Below, one piece after another: positions 1 to 12,120 of a stretch of DNA of 64,000 nt. The stretch spans positions 1,458,389-1,522,388 of the forward strand of contig CM121343.1 of the NCBI GenBank assembly GCA_051530055.1. The letters are read 5' to 3'. The notes beneath the pieces were generated by a model. The model made no database searches. It was not told the origin of the DNA and was given only the letters and a program-made list of their open reading frames with translations. This DNA comes from Neoechinorhynchus agilis. Its lineage: Eukaryota > Animalia > Acanthocephala. The translations under genes and the position numbers were made by a program. Position 1 is the first letter of the stretch, and every line of letters starts with the position of its first letter.

Positions 1-2422
1 AACCAAATTTTAGACAAAAAAATTCTTGTTAAAAAGGAAAAAAGGGGTTCCGTATCAATATTATTTTTAATAAGAATACTGCTAAGCTTATTCAGCATAG
101 TAAGATAAAATGATGGTCTGTTTTCTGGGGGCCGGCCTCGTGCGAAAAAGCATATTGAACCCCCTAGAAATATTTTTAACACTTTAGAAATAAAAGGTGG
201 GGAAATTGATAACCTTTTGGCTCTTTTGATAAAAATATCTGTTTTTGTCAGAAGACTTTTAAAGGAAGAGTTTATAAAAATTCTGTGATTTTTACAGGGG
301 AAATCAACACCTAAAATATTGGAATGCGATCTAAAATTGATATTAGGGAAATTGAAATTAGAAGATAATTCATTAATTAGAAGCTTCCTCGAAGCCAAAG
401 TTTTAGTCAGTGGAATAAAGAAAGTTTTGTTATTGTTTGTAACTAAATTGGCTTTCCTAAGTTCCGACGACAAAGATTGCATAAAATTGGCTATATTATT
501 CGTAGAATATATCATCCGCATAAACTAAAGGAAATATGGAAGATGATTTCTTTAAATTTTTGAAAATATATATAAGGGCAATTAAAAATAAGGTGGGCGA
601 GAGTGGAGATCCTTGAGGAACACCATATCTAGAGAAAAATTTAGTGTGAGAAGGGTCCACCTCATAGTAAAAGGACTTGGATTCCATAAGATAGTTGGTT
701 TTGTAGATAAGATTAAGAGGAACTTTAAGATTAACTAAAGCCTCATAAAGAAAGCCACGATCCAAGGCATCAAAAGCCTTATTAATATCCAGCTGAATGA
801 GAAGTTTTTGTACATTAATAGCTTCATTCATAGAATTAAGAGAGGATAAAAGCGATGTGACACCTTTACCTCTAATGAAGCCATGGAAAAAGTCGGGGAT
901 TAGCTTTCTACATACTAAAAAGTCATACAGTTTCCCGTTCACCGCTCTTTCTAAGCAAGAGACGATTGGGTTCTGTATGGAAATTACTCTGATGTGGGAT
1001 GCGTTAAATATACGTCCTTTCGTTTTGGGAATAAAAATTTTCTTAACAATATTTATGTTAAGTAGATCATTAAAATCAATTTTCGATAAACGAAATCTAC
1101 TAAAAAAAGATAGATTTTGCCTTATCAGAAATAGAACTAAAAATTATGGGTGAAGTGCCATTTATATTATACGCTTTAGAGGGGTTAGATTTACAGGCCT
1201 CCAGAAAAACTTCAACTTCAAAATTCCACGAAAAGGACTTTTTATTAAAGATGGGAAGTGGAGGAGAAGAACATGCACTAAAAGTATGTGCCATCAAAAT
1301 AGACTCAATTACTGCAGGATAAGATATAGACCCTATCCAGTTAGATGCTTTTGCCTTCCAACAGACCGGTCTTCTTTTCAAAATACAGGACCAAAAGTCC
1401 TTACCAAAGGACTTAAGAGAGATCAGCTTCTTTTTGTCCAACGAAACTTGATGATAAAACTTAGCTGTGTAAAATTTTTTCATAAATAAGTTTTTAAGGG
1501 GAGCGTTACCATACAAGTCAGCTATAACAGCATTTTTATAAAATATGTTGGCTTCATGACAAACAGGAGGTCGCTTGATCACAGACTTAGTAATTAAATT
1601 TTTATGTACAGAGAATAAAATGGCATTGTTAAAGTCAGATAAGGAGGATGAAGTGGAAGAGTTCATAAAAGAAAGGAGATCATTATTAAATTTTGAAAAG
1701 CTTTTAGGATTAAAAACGAAAGTGTCCTTAAGAGCGATGCCATTAGATTTAAAAAGGATAAGGTCATGTCCTAACAATCTCTGTGACTGAAGTTGGGAAG
1801 CAGGATAAAATAAAATAGGAATTGACTTTTTAATAATTGCACCATCCAAGAAGGTATGTCTATTAGATTTAACATTATGAAAAGAAGGAAATTTGGGGAG
1901 CAAAAAATTGTGAAACTTAAAAAAGGGCCTAAAAGCATTTAAAAAATTACTATTGAAGTCGCCTACGATAAAGTCAGGATTCCAGTAACGGAGGATATGC
2001 AAAAAAGATTTAGTAAATATACCCACGTGTCTGGGTTGAATATACAAGTTGCAAAGGATAAGAGTAGGAGAGAAAAGGGATGAGGTTCCATATAAGGGAT
2101 TATTAAAAGAAATAATTTGCATTGCAAAAGAAATATTTTTAGTTTGAAATAAAATTTTAGAAGAGTGAGATTTAAGAATAAATGTTTGAAGTCCTCCAGA
2201 AAATCCAATGTGCTGATTGGTTGATGTGGAGCAAGGGAGAAGAACATGAGAATCATAATTATCGAAGAGAAGCATTTTAGAAAAGCCGGTTTCTTGAAAA
2301 CACAGCATGTTAACATAGTTATCAACTACACAAGGAGTAAGAAAATTAGGAAGACTAGAAGCCCTAGAGGCATTATATGTGATGAAAGAGAAAGGACATT
2401 CCTTATAATTGGAACAAGTCAT
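1..2422 (-). pseudogene. LINE ORF2 (APE endonuclease + reverse transcriptase), frameshifted
   Basis: ORFs 1100..2422 (APE) and 496..942 (RT core) lie in different frames; there is a further shift right after YADD. Confidence 0.85.
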
Positions 2423-3717
2423 TAAATGATTTTAGGACGTTTGGAATCTATAGATTCCAAGTTACGCAAAGATGGGGAAATATCTCTTTTATAATTTTCA
2501 CAATCGATCCAGTTATTAAAGTTAAATAATCTAGAAAAATTGTCGGAGGTAGAGTCTGGTGTAGAAATATTTTCCAGTTTGTGAAGGATCAAAGTAAGGA
2601 TGTACTTAAGTAATGAAATTTCTTTATCGGGATAAAGTTGAGAAGTATTAATGGAAGATTTTAAACTATCAAGAAAGGATTTTTCCGGAGGTTTGGGGGG
2701 AAGTTTAGGCTTGTGACCATCAGGGGAAGGTTGAGTCTTCGACTCCTTAGAGGAAAAACCGTCCGAAGAGAAAGGATTATGTTGTGGATAGAATTCTCTA
2801 TAACTAGAATTATGGAATACTCGCTGCTTCGATGGTATGGAATCGTCAAAATATTTTTGCGCGAATTTGCAAGAACGTGCAAAGGCCGGATGATTCTTGC
2901 CACAGTTTGCACAGGTAGCAGCATCAGAATTGGAGCAAGATGATTTGTGATGAGGACCTGCACAAAAGATGCATCTGGAGGGGAAGACACAGTCAGATTC
3001 GTGGTGCCCCCATCTCGAACACCTCTGACATATCGTCAAATTATAATCATAGATAGAGTCCCTGTATCGGTCAAAAGTGACCCAGTATGAGGAAAAATCC
3101 CTGCCGGAGTTAGCTAGACTCTCGGCGACATTGATAGTAGCTGAACATAGGATGGCGTAGGCTGAACTAGCGTTGGGTCTAAACAAATATTTGACCAGTT
3201 TTATACCTAACTCATTCTCAATTTTGCGAAAATCAGTAGTATCCAAGTCTTGAGGAGGATTCCTCATTAGAAAGGTGACTCTACGAGATAGGTCAACAGA
3301 TTGGATGCTTAACTCCCCTAGCATCTTAGAAAAGAGGTCTTTACCGGCCGCATCGAAAAAAATAAAAAGGATGTGGAATTTGGTCACAGAGAACCTCTTT
3401 ATCAAAAAATTCATATGTTTCTCACGACCATTCGGCAGTAAATACTTCTCGAAGAAATAACGCGAGAAATAGGAGGGGGAGTTAGTGCCCATGGCTTCTT
3501 TGGGAATTTTGATAACGAAATCCTCTTTCCTAACAGGACGCTTAAACCTTGATGCGTCGATAGAATGTTCCATCTGATCCCCTATGGAAACTTGTGCACA
3601 ATCATTCAAAACTTCACAATCACTCGGGGGGAGGGGGATAGTAGGAACAAACCTTAATCTAGACATGTCGGAAATAGGGTTTACCTGATTGCTGATATTC
3701 GAAGCGCAATTTTGCAT
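2422..3717 (-). CDS. LINE ORF1 gag-like nucleic-acid-binding protein (subfamily E)
   Basis: Open frame (the track starts it at 3777; MQNC at 3717 is the likelier start) with CQRCSRWGHHESDC, CIFCAGPHHKSSC and CANCGKNHPAFARSC. Its stop overlaps the ORF2 ATG (TAATG). Confidence 0.8.
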   Translation of the reverse strand: MQNCASNISNQVNPISDMSRLRFVPTIPLPPSDCEVLNDCAQVSIGDQMEHSIDASRFKRPVRKEDFVIKIPKEAMGTNSPSYFSRYFFEKYLLPNGREKHMNFLIKRFSVTKFHILFIFFDAAGKDLFSKMLGELSIQSVDLSRRVTFLMRNPPQDLDTTDFRKIENELGIKLVKYLFRPNASSAYAILCSATINVAESLANSGRDFSSYWVTFDRYRDSIYDYNLTICQRCSRWGHHESDCVFPSRCIFCAGPHHKSSCSNSDAATCANCGKNHPAFARSCKFAQKYFDDSIPSKQRVFHNSSYREFYPQHNPFSSDGFSSKESKTQPSPDGHKPKLPPKPPEKSFLDSLKSSINTSQLYPDKEISLLKYILTLILHKLENISTPDSTSDNFSRLFNFNNWIDCENYKRDISPSLRNLESIDSKRPKII

Positions 3718-4644
3718 CACGAAACAGCGCTTTTGTACGTTGTTCTTACTTGCCAAAAAGTGAAAATTCAACGCCACGTGAAAGCACCATTGGAAAAGTT
3801 TAAATTACCTTCCGGCAGATTCGATCAAATACACGTTGACCTGGTAGGACCTCTTCCACCTTCTCAGAGATTTACCCACTTGTTGACAATAGTTGATCGA
3901 TTTACCCGCTGGACAGAGGCCGTTCCACTCAACCAGACAGATTCACTTTCATGCGCCCGTGCCTTAATCAGCAACTGGATCCCCCGTTTTGGGATCCCGA
4001 GTGATATGACCTCCGATCGAGGATCTCAATTCACTTCGCGAATATGGGCCGATATGTCGTAATTATTCGACACAAAGCTGCACCACACTGCAGCTTATCA
4101 TCCACATTCAGACAGTATCGTCGAGAGGATGCATCGGCACTTGAAGGCATCCCTGAAAGCCCGTTGCAAAAGTCCGAACTGGGTGGACGAACTCCCATGG
4201 GTGATGTTGGGTTTTAGGACCTGCCAGAGTCGATCTGGGAACATCTTCTGCGGAACAAGTTTATGGCAGTCCACTAAAAGTGCCGGGCGATTTTGTGTGC
4301 CATACGAGGGAAACAAGCAATCTGAAGAAACACCTTGAAGAACTTCGCGAAAGGATTCGTTCCCTAGTATGAGTGCCCACTTCCAGACACCGAACCGTAC
4401 CAGTTCATGTACCGAAAGTACTGGCAGACGCACAGTATGTATTCGTAAGACGGGAACAACCTGGAGGTCCACTCCTGCCACCGTACAAAGGACCATATAA
4501 AGTAATCGATACGGGCGATAAAAAAATTTAAGATTGATTACGGTGGTCGCTCAGAAACAATCTCAATCGACCGACTCAAACCGGCACACGTAGACTTATC
4601 CTCCACCTTCAATTAGCGATATTCACTCAGAAATAGATTTATAT

Positions 4645-4682
4645 TGAAAATTTTCGGCCTTTTCGTTGACCTTCTTCAGTCA
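4645..4682 (-). ncRNA. Inverted copy of the minimal hammerhead ribozyme
   Basis: Reverse-strand TGA-CTGAAGA-A-GGTC-aacgaaaa-GGCC-GAAAATTTTCA; the stem II change keeps pairing as G-U. Confidence 0.65.
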
Positions 4683-5276
4683 GATCTACAATTTAAAAGA
4701 AACATTATCAATTAGTTTATCCGGTGGGACTCGTAGATTGAGTTTATAGTCAGCTTTGTTGCCAACAAAAGTACCTGTTTGCTGGATCATGATGGCTTCC
4801 ATAGTCACTCTCAATGGAACTCTAAAATAGAAAGCCTGATAAAACGAATTGATGGGGAGAAAGTGTTCACTACGTATAGTAGGAAGGGCAGGACTCTCCA
4901 AGGAATACTCCGACCGAAGAATGAAGATCTTCCAGCTGGATGTGTCTATAAGATCTCATGCTCGAATTGCAGTCTGTCATATGTGGGACAAACGAACAAT
5001 CTAAAAAGAAGGATTGCTGAACACAGAAGATCAGCTATCAAAAAGTCTGATGTGAGCTCGGCAATAGTGCCCCACATCAATGACAATGAGCATGAGATCA
5101 ATTTTGACGGCGTCGAAGTTCTTGCGAAGAGTGACGTAAGAAGCGACAGAGTGACTATGGAAGCTATCATGATCCAGCAAACAGGTACTTCTGTTGGCAA
5201 CAAAGCTGACTATAAACTCAATTTACGAGTCCCACCGGATAAACTAATTGATAATGTTCCTTTTAAATTGTAGATC

Positions 5277-5314
5277 TGACTGAAGAAGGCCAGCGAAAAG
5301 GCCGAAAATTTTCA
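5277..5314 (+). ncRNA. Minimal type I hammerhead ribozyme (Penelope pLTR)
   Basis: TGA-CTGAAGA-A-GGCC-agcgaaaa-GGCC-GAAA-ATT-T-TCA: stem I TGA/TCA, stem II GGCC/GGCC, palindromic AATT stem III of the dimer type. Confidence 0.7.
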
Positions 5315-5545
5315 ATATAAATCTATTTCTGAGTGAATATCGCTAATTGAAATTGAAACAATAATGATTAATTTCTTTACAATTATCCTCCACAATCGAA
5401 ATCGATCAACCGCGCAAACGCGGACGACCACGGAAACATCCCTGACATACCATCCGGGGGAGCTGTGTGGCGGCAACGACTACACATTCTGATGACATCA
5501 GAGGTCTGTCAGGTGCGTGTGTATGTATATAACCAGAGGTGTGGA

Positions 5546-6910
5546 CTGAGAGAAAACAAATTGCGACTCTACAGCCTGCCCAAAATATAAAAAGAACGAT
5601 GTCCCTGAGACCCATCGTATCATTTAATGGCAGTTTCAATTACGATTTGGAAAAGTTACAAGTAAATTTTTTGACAGAAACAACATCACAAGTAATTACC
5701 AATGTAAAGAATTCGACTGAATTCGTCGAGAAACTGAGGGAGATTAACATCTCAGAGAAATGCAAAATCTTTACAATTGATATCAAAAATGTTACCATTC
5801 ACGGTCTAATCAGCATCGTTTTAGAACTTAATTGATATAGCATCCATCTATACCAACGTCCGAGTGGAGGATGCCATAAATGCGGCGATCTCATACCTCC
5901 CTCCCGTTCTTCAAGGAATTGATGCTAGTAAACATTTAGAGTTTGTTGGAGTTAGCCTGCGGGGCAAGTTTCAAGTTCAATGGAAGGTATTATGTGCAAA
6001 AAAGGGGGGCTCACCCAGTGCTTGCCAATCCAATGTATTCTAACGCAAAAACAAATTCACAATGAATAGGTCCGATGAGGGTGGGCGGATGCACCTCATT
6101 AAGTAGAGGGATGAGCTAATGGAGTTGATGCGGATTTCGTGACCTGTTTGTGCCGTTCCATCTCACATTTTTGATTTCGCAGTTGAAGCCGTAAAACGGC
6201 GATCTAAGTCGTGTATTTCAAATTAAATTAAAATTGAGACATGCACCTGGAAAATCAAGCAGCGATTCACGCTGTCTAGCATAATGATAATAAAAAACCG
6301 AACACGAATGACTGCATCGGTTTACAGAAAACCAACTCAAACAAGCAATTATATATTTTGGAACAGCGCCCATAACAATAGCATAAAAATGGGTATATTC
6401 AAAGGTTTTTGCATCGTGCCTACAACCTCTGCAATTAGCAGTAGTGTCTCATCGACGAAATCCAACAGTTGCAATGAATTTTCAGCAATGCAGCGCCCTA
6501 GCAAGGGGACCAAGCGAAAAAAGTAATTCAAATGAAACCACCGTGGAGCCGGACATAGGCCTCCACAAACCAACTGCTGGCGAAACAAAATTCCTAGCAT
6601 ATTTAAGAGCAGCGGTCTACCGATTCTATGCCAATAAGGAACCTTCCTTCCCGGAAATACCAGTTGGTAGAAAAGAGGAATGTTGTCTACAAGGTTTCTT
6701 GTAGTCAATGCAGGTCGAAATCCGAAGACGAGATTGGCCGAACTTAAACGATCCAAGATGCAGAGGGTGGTAACGTCGAAGCGAACTACGTCTTCGTGGC
6801 TAACAAAATCTAGCAATACAATCAATCATGAGGGCAACTGAGAGCAGAATAACCATTTAACCACTTGTATTTTAGAACTGATGATGAATCCGACGAGGTT
6901 CGAAACTTCT
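5546..6910 (+). mobile_element. Degenerate Penelope-like element (second family)
   Basis: LRPIVSFNGSFNYDL, KIFTIDIKN and SVYRKPTQTSNYIFWNSAH..KMGIFKG are Penelope RT/thumb motifs; there are many stops and frameshifts. Confidence 0.75.
6874..6910 (+). ncRNA. Hammerhead-like motif, probably decayed
   Basis: AGAA-CTGATGA-T-GAATC-cgacga-GGTTC-GAAA-CTT-C-T; the core and 5-bp stem II are intact and stem III is one change from the ACGT palindrome. Confidence 0.45.
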
Positions 6911-7149
6911 TTAGAAAAAATTTATCGGGTGAAAACCTAAAGGAAACAAATAATATTTTTTTCTAAAATTACACAATTGGAGGGTTATGAAAACTAGGAA
7001 TGCAACCTGAAAATGTGGTAGTATAAAATAACAAGTCGAAATCGATTATTTGGCGATGTGAGTCAGATGATTTTGCGTTTCAAGTTTTACGTTACTTCTT
7101 TTTTCCGCTGCGAATTTCACTTACCGCACAGAAAATTTAATTCTCTTGA

Positions 7150-7577
7150 AGTCTTTATAAAGAATTAAAAACAAATGTGAAAATTGCGAAGTCGCATCCG
7201 GGAAACTCCGTCTTAACCGGTCATCACTTTTACAAATTTACATTCTCATCTGAAGAAGCTGAAATGCTCGATTGTTCTTAAAGCCACGCAGAGAAAGAGC
7301 AAACCAACAGCGTTTTTCAGAATCACGAAGCATTGGGCGCAGTCGACACCGAGAGAAAAATAAACGTGTATAAACGAAAGAAATTCGATAAAAATCAGAA
7401 TGCCGGTCCTGTTACGTCGATATTTTAAACTTTTGATTTCTCGCTTGTAATTCCTTTACCTGCGATTTGGAAAGCGAAATGTATCTTTCTTATAGAAAAG
7501 GAAGATGTTTCATAGTCTAAGGGAAATTTCCGTAAATGTGGAATGTAATTAAAAATTTGATCAAAAATTCAATGTCC
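7150..7577 (+). repeat. Dispersed ~400-bp repeat, copy 1
   Basis: Direct near-identical match to 41875-42285 (e.g. gtgtataaacgaaagaaattcgataaaaatcagaatgccggtc...gatcaaaaattcaatg). Confidence 0.85.
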
Positions 7578-7634
7578 TTTTTTTTAAATTCAATCGATTT
7601 ATTCTATTTTTTGGTGAATTATTTCGTTTTTCAT

Positions 7635-7850
7635 TCTTGTAAACATCCCGACTTCGCCAGAATACTGACAGCGTTCCCTCGCTGTATCGCCATTGCGATT
7701 CGTTGAGCGAGAAAATTTCTCGAGTGCGGTTCCCCCGTCATCCTTTTCGTCCTTCGTCCCAAATCGTCGAGGAGAGTGAGCGCTGATGGTCCCAAGGCTC
7801 CATACATTTCCACGGCAAAAGAAACGAAATGGTTTCATTTTGAGTGCCTT
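7635..7850 (-). mobile_element. CRE-like (RT-RLE) retrotransposon 3' fragment
   Basis: HFVSFAVEMYGALGPSALTLL..FLAQRIAMAIQRGNAVSI, homologous to the end of ORF 34101..36278. Confidence 0.8.
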
Positions 7851-9235
7851 TTTAAATATATCCTTAAACGCACTCAAATATTTATTGAGTTTAAAATGGT
7901 TGTTGTAATTTTTCAGTTCAACGTGATGACCAATGGAGAGATTTGGTTACTCACACCTCAAATATCCATGACTTATTTTATGTTCTAGAATACACAACCA
8001 TTTTAATTTTTATCAGTTGGGTCAAAAGGTTTTCGCGATCAAGGGCTGCGGTGGGGACAGCACATAGCCGCTCATAAAACTTCAATTATTCAATCGATGG
8101 TCCCAATTTTTGTATGAAGCGCGATACGACCATTTTAGTTCTTATGATTTGGGGTGTCTCCGCTTAACTGATGCATCTCGAAATTTTGGCTATGGAACCT
8201 GAAGTTCATAAAGGACGTACCTGAGAACTATAAGGTAGCTGCGGTGGTAGATGATGATGTTGCGATGATGAGAGCATCGATTTCGAGTCTCTAATCATGA
8301 AGCCAAGAAATCATTGTCCAGAAAAAAGAAGCTTGTGAAATCTGAAGAATCATTGCAAAGTGAAAAAATCTGCAAAACCTCTGAAAAGACGGAGGAATCG
8401 CCTAAACAAATTGATTGCGATTTGTCATTTTACTGCAGGGGATTACGCATTGGACTTTATAAGGATTGCGGGATATGGAATTTAGACTGGATTCGTCGAA
8501 TGTTCCGACAATTCATGTCAAAAGAAATTACAGCACAAGACCTTTAAGCATTACAAATCAAATAACTATTAAAAACGATGATAAATAACGTAGAGAACAA
8601 TAAATATTAATACTTAATTTAACTTGTGAACGCAAAATTTACAAATGCCGTTCAAAGATCTATGGATTCAAAATAATAAGTTATTCAATCGAATGGTGCA
8701 AGTTTTGTAAGTTAAAACAGGAAATTGTATCGAAGTAAAGATTTTTGTGTTTGGAATGTTAAAGAATCATAATTAAAATCAATAAAAATGTAGATGATTC
8801 TGTTCAAGCAGGTTCCTAACTTTAAATGCAATAAATGATACACTATTTATATCTTTTCACTGTCCTTCGTTTGAACGTCGAACATCGAATGTATTTCTAG
8901 TTTTAACGACAGGATGCATCATCACTTAAACCTTTTTTAATCCGTCAAGTACATTTCTAATAACTATTCGAAAATGCATCCAATCACCGTCGGACACATT
9001 TTAGCAATTTAAGAAAGCCGGAATTAAAAGTTTATTTTTTTTGAAGGACGAGTGTATTTGCTGGGCTGCATTATTTCTGCGCTTATAGTATCCTAATAAA
9101 AAGAGATAAGTGGAATAAGATAAGACGGCAGCATTGATTAGCGTTGCTCAGCTACTCAAATGTTCGGAAATTCCCTCTTTAGAATAAATACATAATTTAT
9201 TATTGTTCACAATCAATCCTCTGTTTCAAAAGCCT

Positions 9236-9427
9236 TTAACTCGCAGGAGCGCTCTTGCATAAATATTGGCGTGCATATGAAGAGATAATTGAAAATACCA
9301 AAAGGATGGTCATTATAACAGGCATAATAATTATAATCCTCAAGCAATCATCATAAAATTTTTTGGAATTTTTGCAGTTTGACTCATCGTTTTCTTCAGC
9401 TACATCCAATGTTGTATTGTTGGACAT
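9236..9427 (-). CDS. Putative small single-pass membrane protein (paralog a)
   Basis: One strong hydrophobic stretch (CLRIIIIMPVIMTILLVFSIISSY); the flanks are homologous to those of 10494..10700. No recognised family. Confidence 0.35.
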   Translation of the reverse strand: MSNNTTLDVAEENDESNCKNSKKFYDDCLRIIIIMPVIMTILLVFSIISSYARQYLCKSAPAS

Positions 9428-10493
9428 TTTACTTTTGCGTCTTCGATACTTAACACAGAGCTTTTTAATTCGTCTCTTAGCAACGAGGATTTAATTGACG
9501 AATTTGAAAGTTGGCAATGCCATTCAAAGTTCCATGGAACCAAAATAATAAGTTATTCAATCGAATAGCGCAAGTTTTGTAAGCTAAAACAGGAAATTTT
9601 ATCGAAGTAAAGATAAATGCGATTTTTATGTTTGGAGTGTTAAAGAATCATAATTAAAATCAATAAAAATGTAGATGATTCTTTTCAATTAGGTTTCAAG
9701 TTATAAATATAATAAATGGTAAACTGCGTTGAACTTTTCATAATCCTTAGGTTGAACGTCGAACTTCGAATGTATTTCTAGTTTTAAAGGCAGAATGCTT
9801 CACCGCTTAAACGTTTTTTGAAAATCCGTCAAGTACATTTATAACGACTATTCGAAAATGCATCCAATCACCGTCGGACGCAATGTTATTTATAAAAGAT
9901 AAGCGTGCTTTCTTATTTGAAATTATTTCTATTATACTCGAGTATTTTAATCAGAGATAAGCAGAAAATTTATCGAATTTTGTGTTCGATGCTTTGAATT
10001 AAAATCGTGTGCATTCTAGAAAACCTGTGAATTTTTAATTAACAAATTTTTCGTTTATTTATAGTTAAGCACGAAAGTGAGTTTGTGAAAAAGGTATTGA
10101 ACTCGATCTCTCACTTGGGACAAATATGTCATTTTAAACAACTGAGTGTAAAATATTAATATATTTAAAAGAATATTCCATCTCCGAGTAAAAACAAGCG
10201 ATAAAAACATATAAACAAAATATTTGTTATGTAAGCTTATTATGGAGGGGAATTTTCCGAGTAAATGACCGAAGTAAATCTTAAGATAAGCCGACAGCAT
10301 TGATTAGCGTTTGAATATTTATTACTTGATTGCATAACAGTTTAGAGGCGAAATAATTTCAGTATAATTGTGAAAGCTAGAATAAAATTCTGATTCATGC
10401 CGTTCGATTATTCATATAAAGTGAATTCACGTAAAAACCGTTTTTTTACTTTAACAAAAAGCTCAGCAATTCATTTATTCGGAAATGCCCTTT

Positions 10494-10700
10494 TCAGAAC
10501 AATCCATAATCTATTGTCGTTTCAGTCAAATCCTCTGTTTTAAAAGGCTTGAACTCATTGGATAGCTTTTTGTTATATTTTAGTCCATATATAATTATGA
10601 GTGAGAAATACGTGACGAAGAAGAGTACAATAACAATAATCGATATTACGGTGAATTTTGTAACTGCGGACATTTTCATTTTGCCTCCTCGATACCTCAA
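10494..10700 (-). CDS. Putative small single-pass membrane protein (paralog b)
   Basis: TM segment FTVISIIVIVLFFVTYFSLIIIYGL followed by a basic stop-transfer stretch and the tail EFKPFKTEDL..DYGLF. Confidence 0.4.
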   Translation of the reverse strand: MRYRGGKMKMSAVTKFTVISIIVIVLFFVTYFSLIIIYGLKYNKKLSNEFKPFKTEDLTETTIDYGLF

Positions 10701-11056
10701 AGAAAACTTTAATGTCGTCTCTTAGCAACGAATATTTAATTGACGAATTTAAATGTTGGCATCTTTCAGTTGAACAAACATTCAAATGCTTAAAGCGTCA
10801 CAACAAAAAGCATTCAGCATTATTGTCGATCGATGTTGTTGTATAATAAATGAAGGAATTAGATCATTGACTTGATAGCAATCAGATTCTGTACTGAGAT
10901 TGAAATTGCCTTCCGATATCGGTTCACTGATTATTTCCGACGAGACTTAAGTGAACATAAAAGTTTTCAACGCTAATCGTACCAGTAAATAAAAACATGG
11001 AAGTGAAAAATTCATAAAAATTATACCATGGAATTGATGTGGTGGTAAATAAAATC

Positions 11057-11827
11057 ATGCTGAAGGTCTTAAACCTACTAACTTTAATAACGAGGATATT
11101 TCTTGAAGCGGAAGGTATTAAATTATTTGAGGAGCTCCTTAGTAGCAAAAATATTAAATATAAGAATATATCGTGTAAAGTGAGACAACTTTAGTGTTAA
11201 ACCCTCCTCCTAACATGTCAAAAGAAGAGTTAGGTTTATTTCAGAATACTTTTGGTCTAGTTCCAATTAAACATTTGAAGAAGAGCCCATCTACGGAGCC
11301 GTATGCTTTGCTTGTGTCGGTTAGGCTGGATGAGGTGGACAAAGCTCGGGGAACTTATTTTGGATTTCTAGCATACTGGATCAAATTTGTTTCTCGTCGA
11401 TCAGAATCGATACATGATTACGTGTTAACTCAGTGCGCTAATTGCTGCAATTGGGGTCACAATAGTTTTCAATGCTCTAACCAGGTTAAGTGTATGATGA
11501 GATGTGGTGGCCCGCATAATAAAATTAATTGTAGTAATTCTTGCACGATTACGTGTGCAAATTGTTCAGATGGGTATGAAGCATATAAATCCGGCAGCGG
11601 TGAATTATTGGAAGTTGGCGAAGCCGGATAATTCTTTGAATGGCAATGCCTAGTTTAATAAGAGGGCGGAAAATGTTTACTGGACTGTTCAGAAGAAAAA
11701 TATAGCCTAGAGAGAGGGTAAGTTTAAAGAGGAGTTTAGATGTGCTTAAGGAGAGAGTAGACAGTTTGAATAAGAACATTGAGGAGAAGCAAAAAATGAT
11801 TCATGATTTATTAATATTATTGTGGCG
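11057..11827 (+). mobile_element. LINE ORF1 fragment, subfamily F (duplicate of 22295-23065)
   Basis: CANCCNWGHNSFQC, CMMRCGGPHNKINC, CANC knuckles. Confidence 0.8.
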
Positions 11828-11914
11828 CCCGATGAGTGGACTAAGATTAACATAGCTAAACGGATTTTTTTATGTAAGAAGAAAAGATGGGCCATCAAGT
11901 CAGCTACCGATGTC
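11828..11914 (+). mobile_element. 87-bp isolated fragment of compact-LINE RT
   Basis: Translates PDEWTKINIAKRIFLCKKKRWAIKSATDV, homologous to PEEWSEINISKRIFL in ORF 26210..27130. Confidence 0.75.
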
Positions 11915-12120
11915 GTAACGTTAACAGTCACACAATTTGTCAAACGCGCACGTAGAACCCAGCGTTAAACTAACGCTGACGTAAGCAATCAATTATCACA
12001 CTAATCGTGGAGTTTGAGAGTATTAAACATCTCATTGAATTTGATATTGATAATTGGTTTGTCGTGTTTAATGATTAATGCTCGAAAGAACCCATTAGTA
12101 AAAAGATGAGCATGGGGGAT
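11915..12120 (-). mobile_element. Penelope 3' end (GIY-YIG C-terminus + 3' UTR); longer copy at 23066-23357
   Basis: RALIIKHDKPIINIK resembles the C-terminal GIY-YIG helix; the longer copy continues into a hammerhead-like motif. Confidence 0.6.

Larger units (their letters stand above)
1..3740 (-). mobile_element. Compact non-LTR retrotransposon, subfamily E (ORF1 zinc-knuckle + ORF2 APE-RT), 3' end runs off the window
   Basis: ORF1 with three Cys/His knuckles. ORF2 shows APE motifs (YNAS, FQET, GDFN, LDG, GHD) and RT motifs (LDINKAFD, GVPQGSPLSP, YADD). The C-terminal FFARGRPPEN at ~120-150 matches the FYSRGRPP end of the elements at 24-31 kb. Confidence 0.9.
4607..5382 (+). mobile_element. 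5'-truncated Penelope-like element with inverted pseudo-LTR and 11-bp TSD
   Basis: GIY-YIG ORF 4779..5273 (CVYKISCSNCSLSYVGQT..RRIAEH). 4608-4811 is the reverse complement of 5148-5351. TTATCCTCCAC occurs at 4596-4606 and 5383-5393. Confidence 0.92.
3745..5545 (+). mobile_element. Gypsy LTR-retrotransposon 3' fragment (integrase end, PPT, start of 3' LTR), interrupted by a Penelope insertion
   Basis: CQKVKIQRH..HVDLVGPLPPS..IVDRFTRW..SDRGSQF..ISIDRLKPAHVD. Removing 4607-5393 re-joins VDLSST-IEIDQPRKRGRPRKHP*. A G-rich PPT at 5456-5462 is followed by TGTG at 5464. Confidence 0.85.

Noticed and set aside
7246-7275. CTGAAGA-AGCT-GAAA hammerhead-like core (also ~41961)
   Set aside because: No stem I or stem III pairing can be drawn in either copy.
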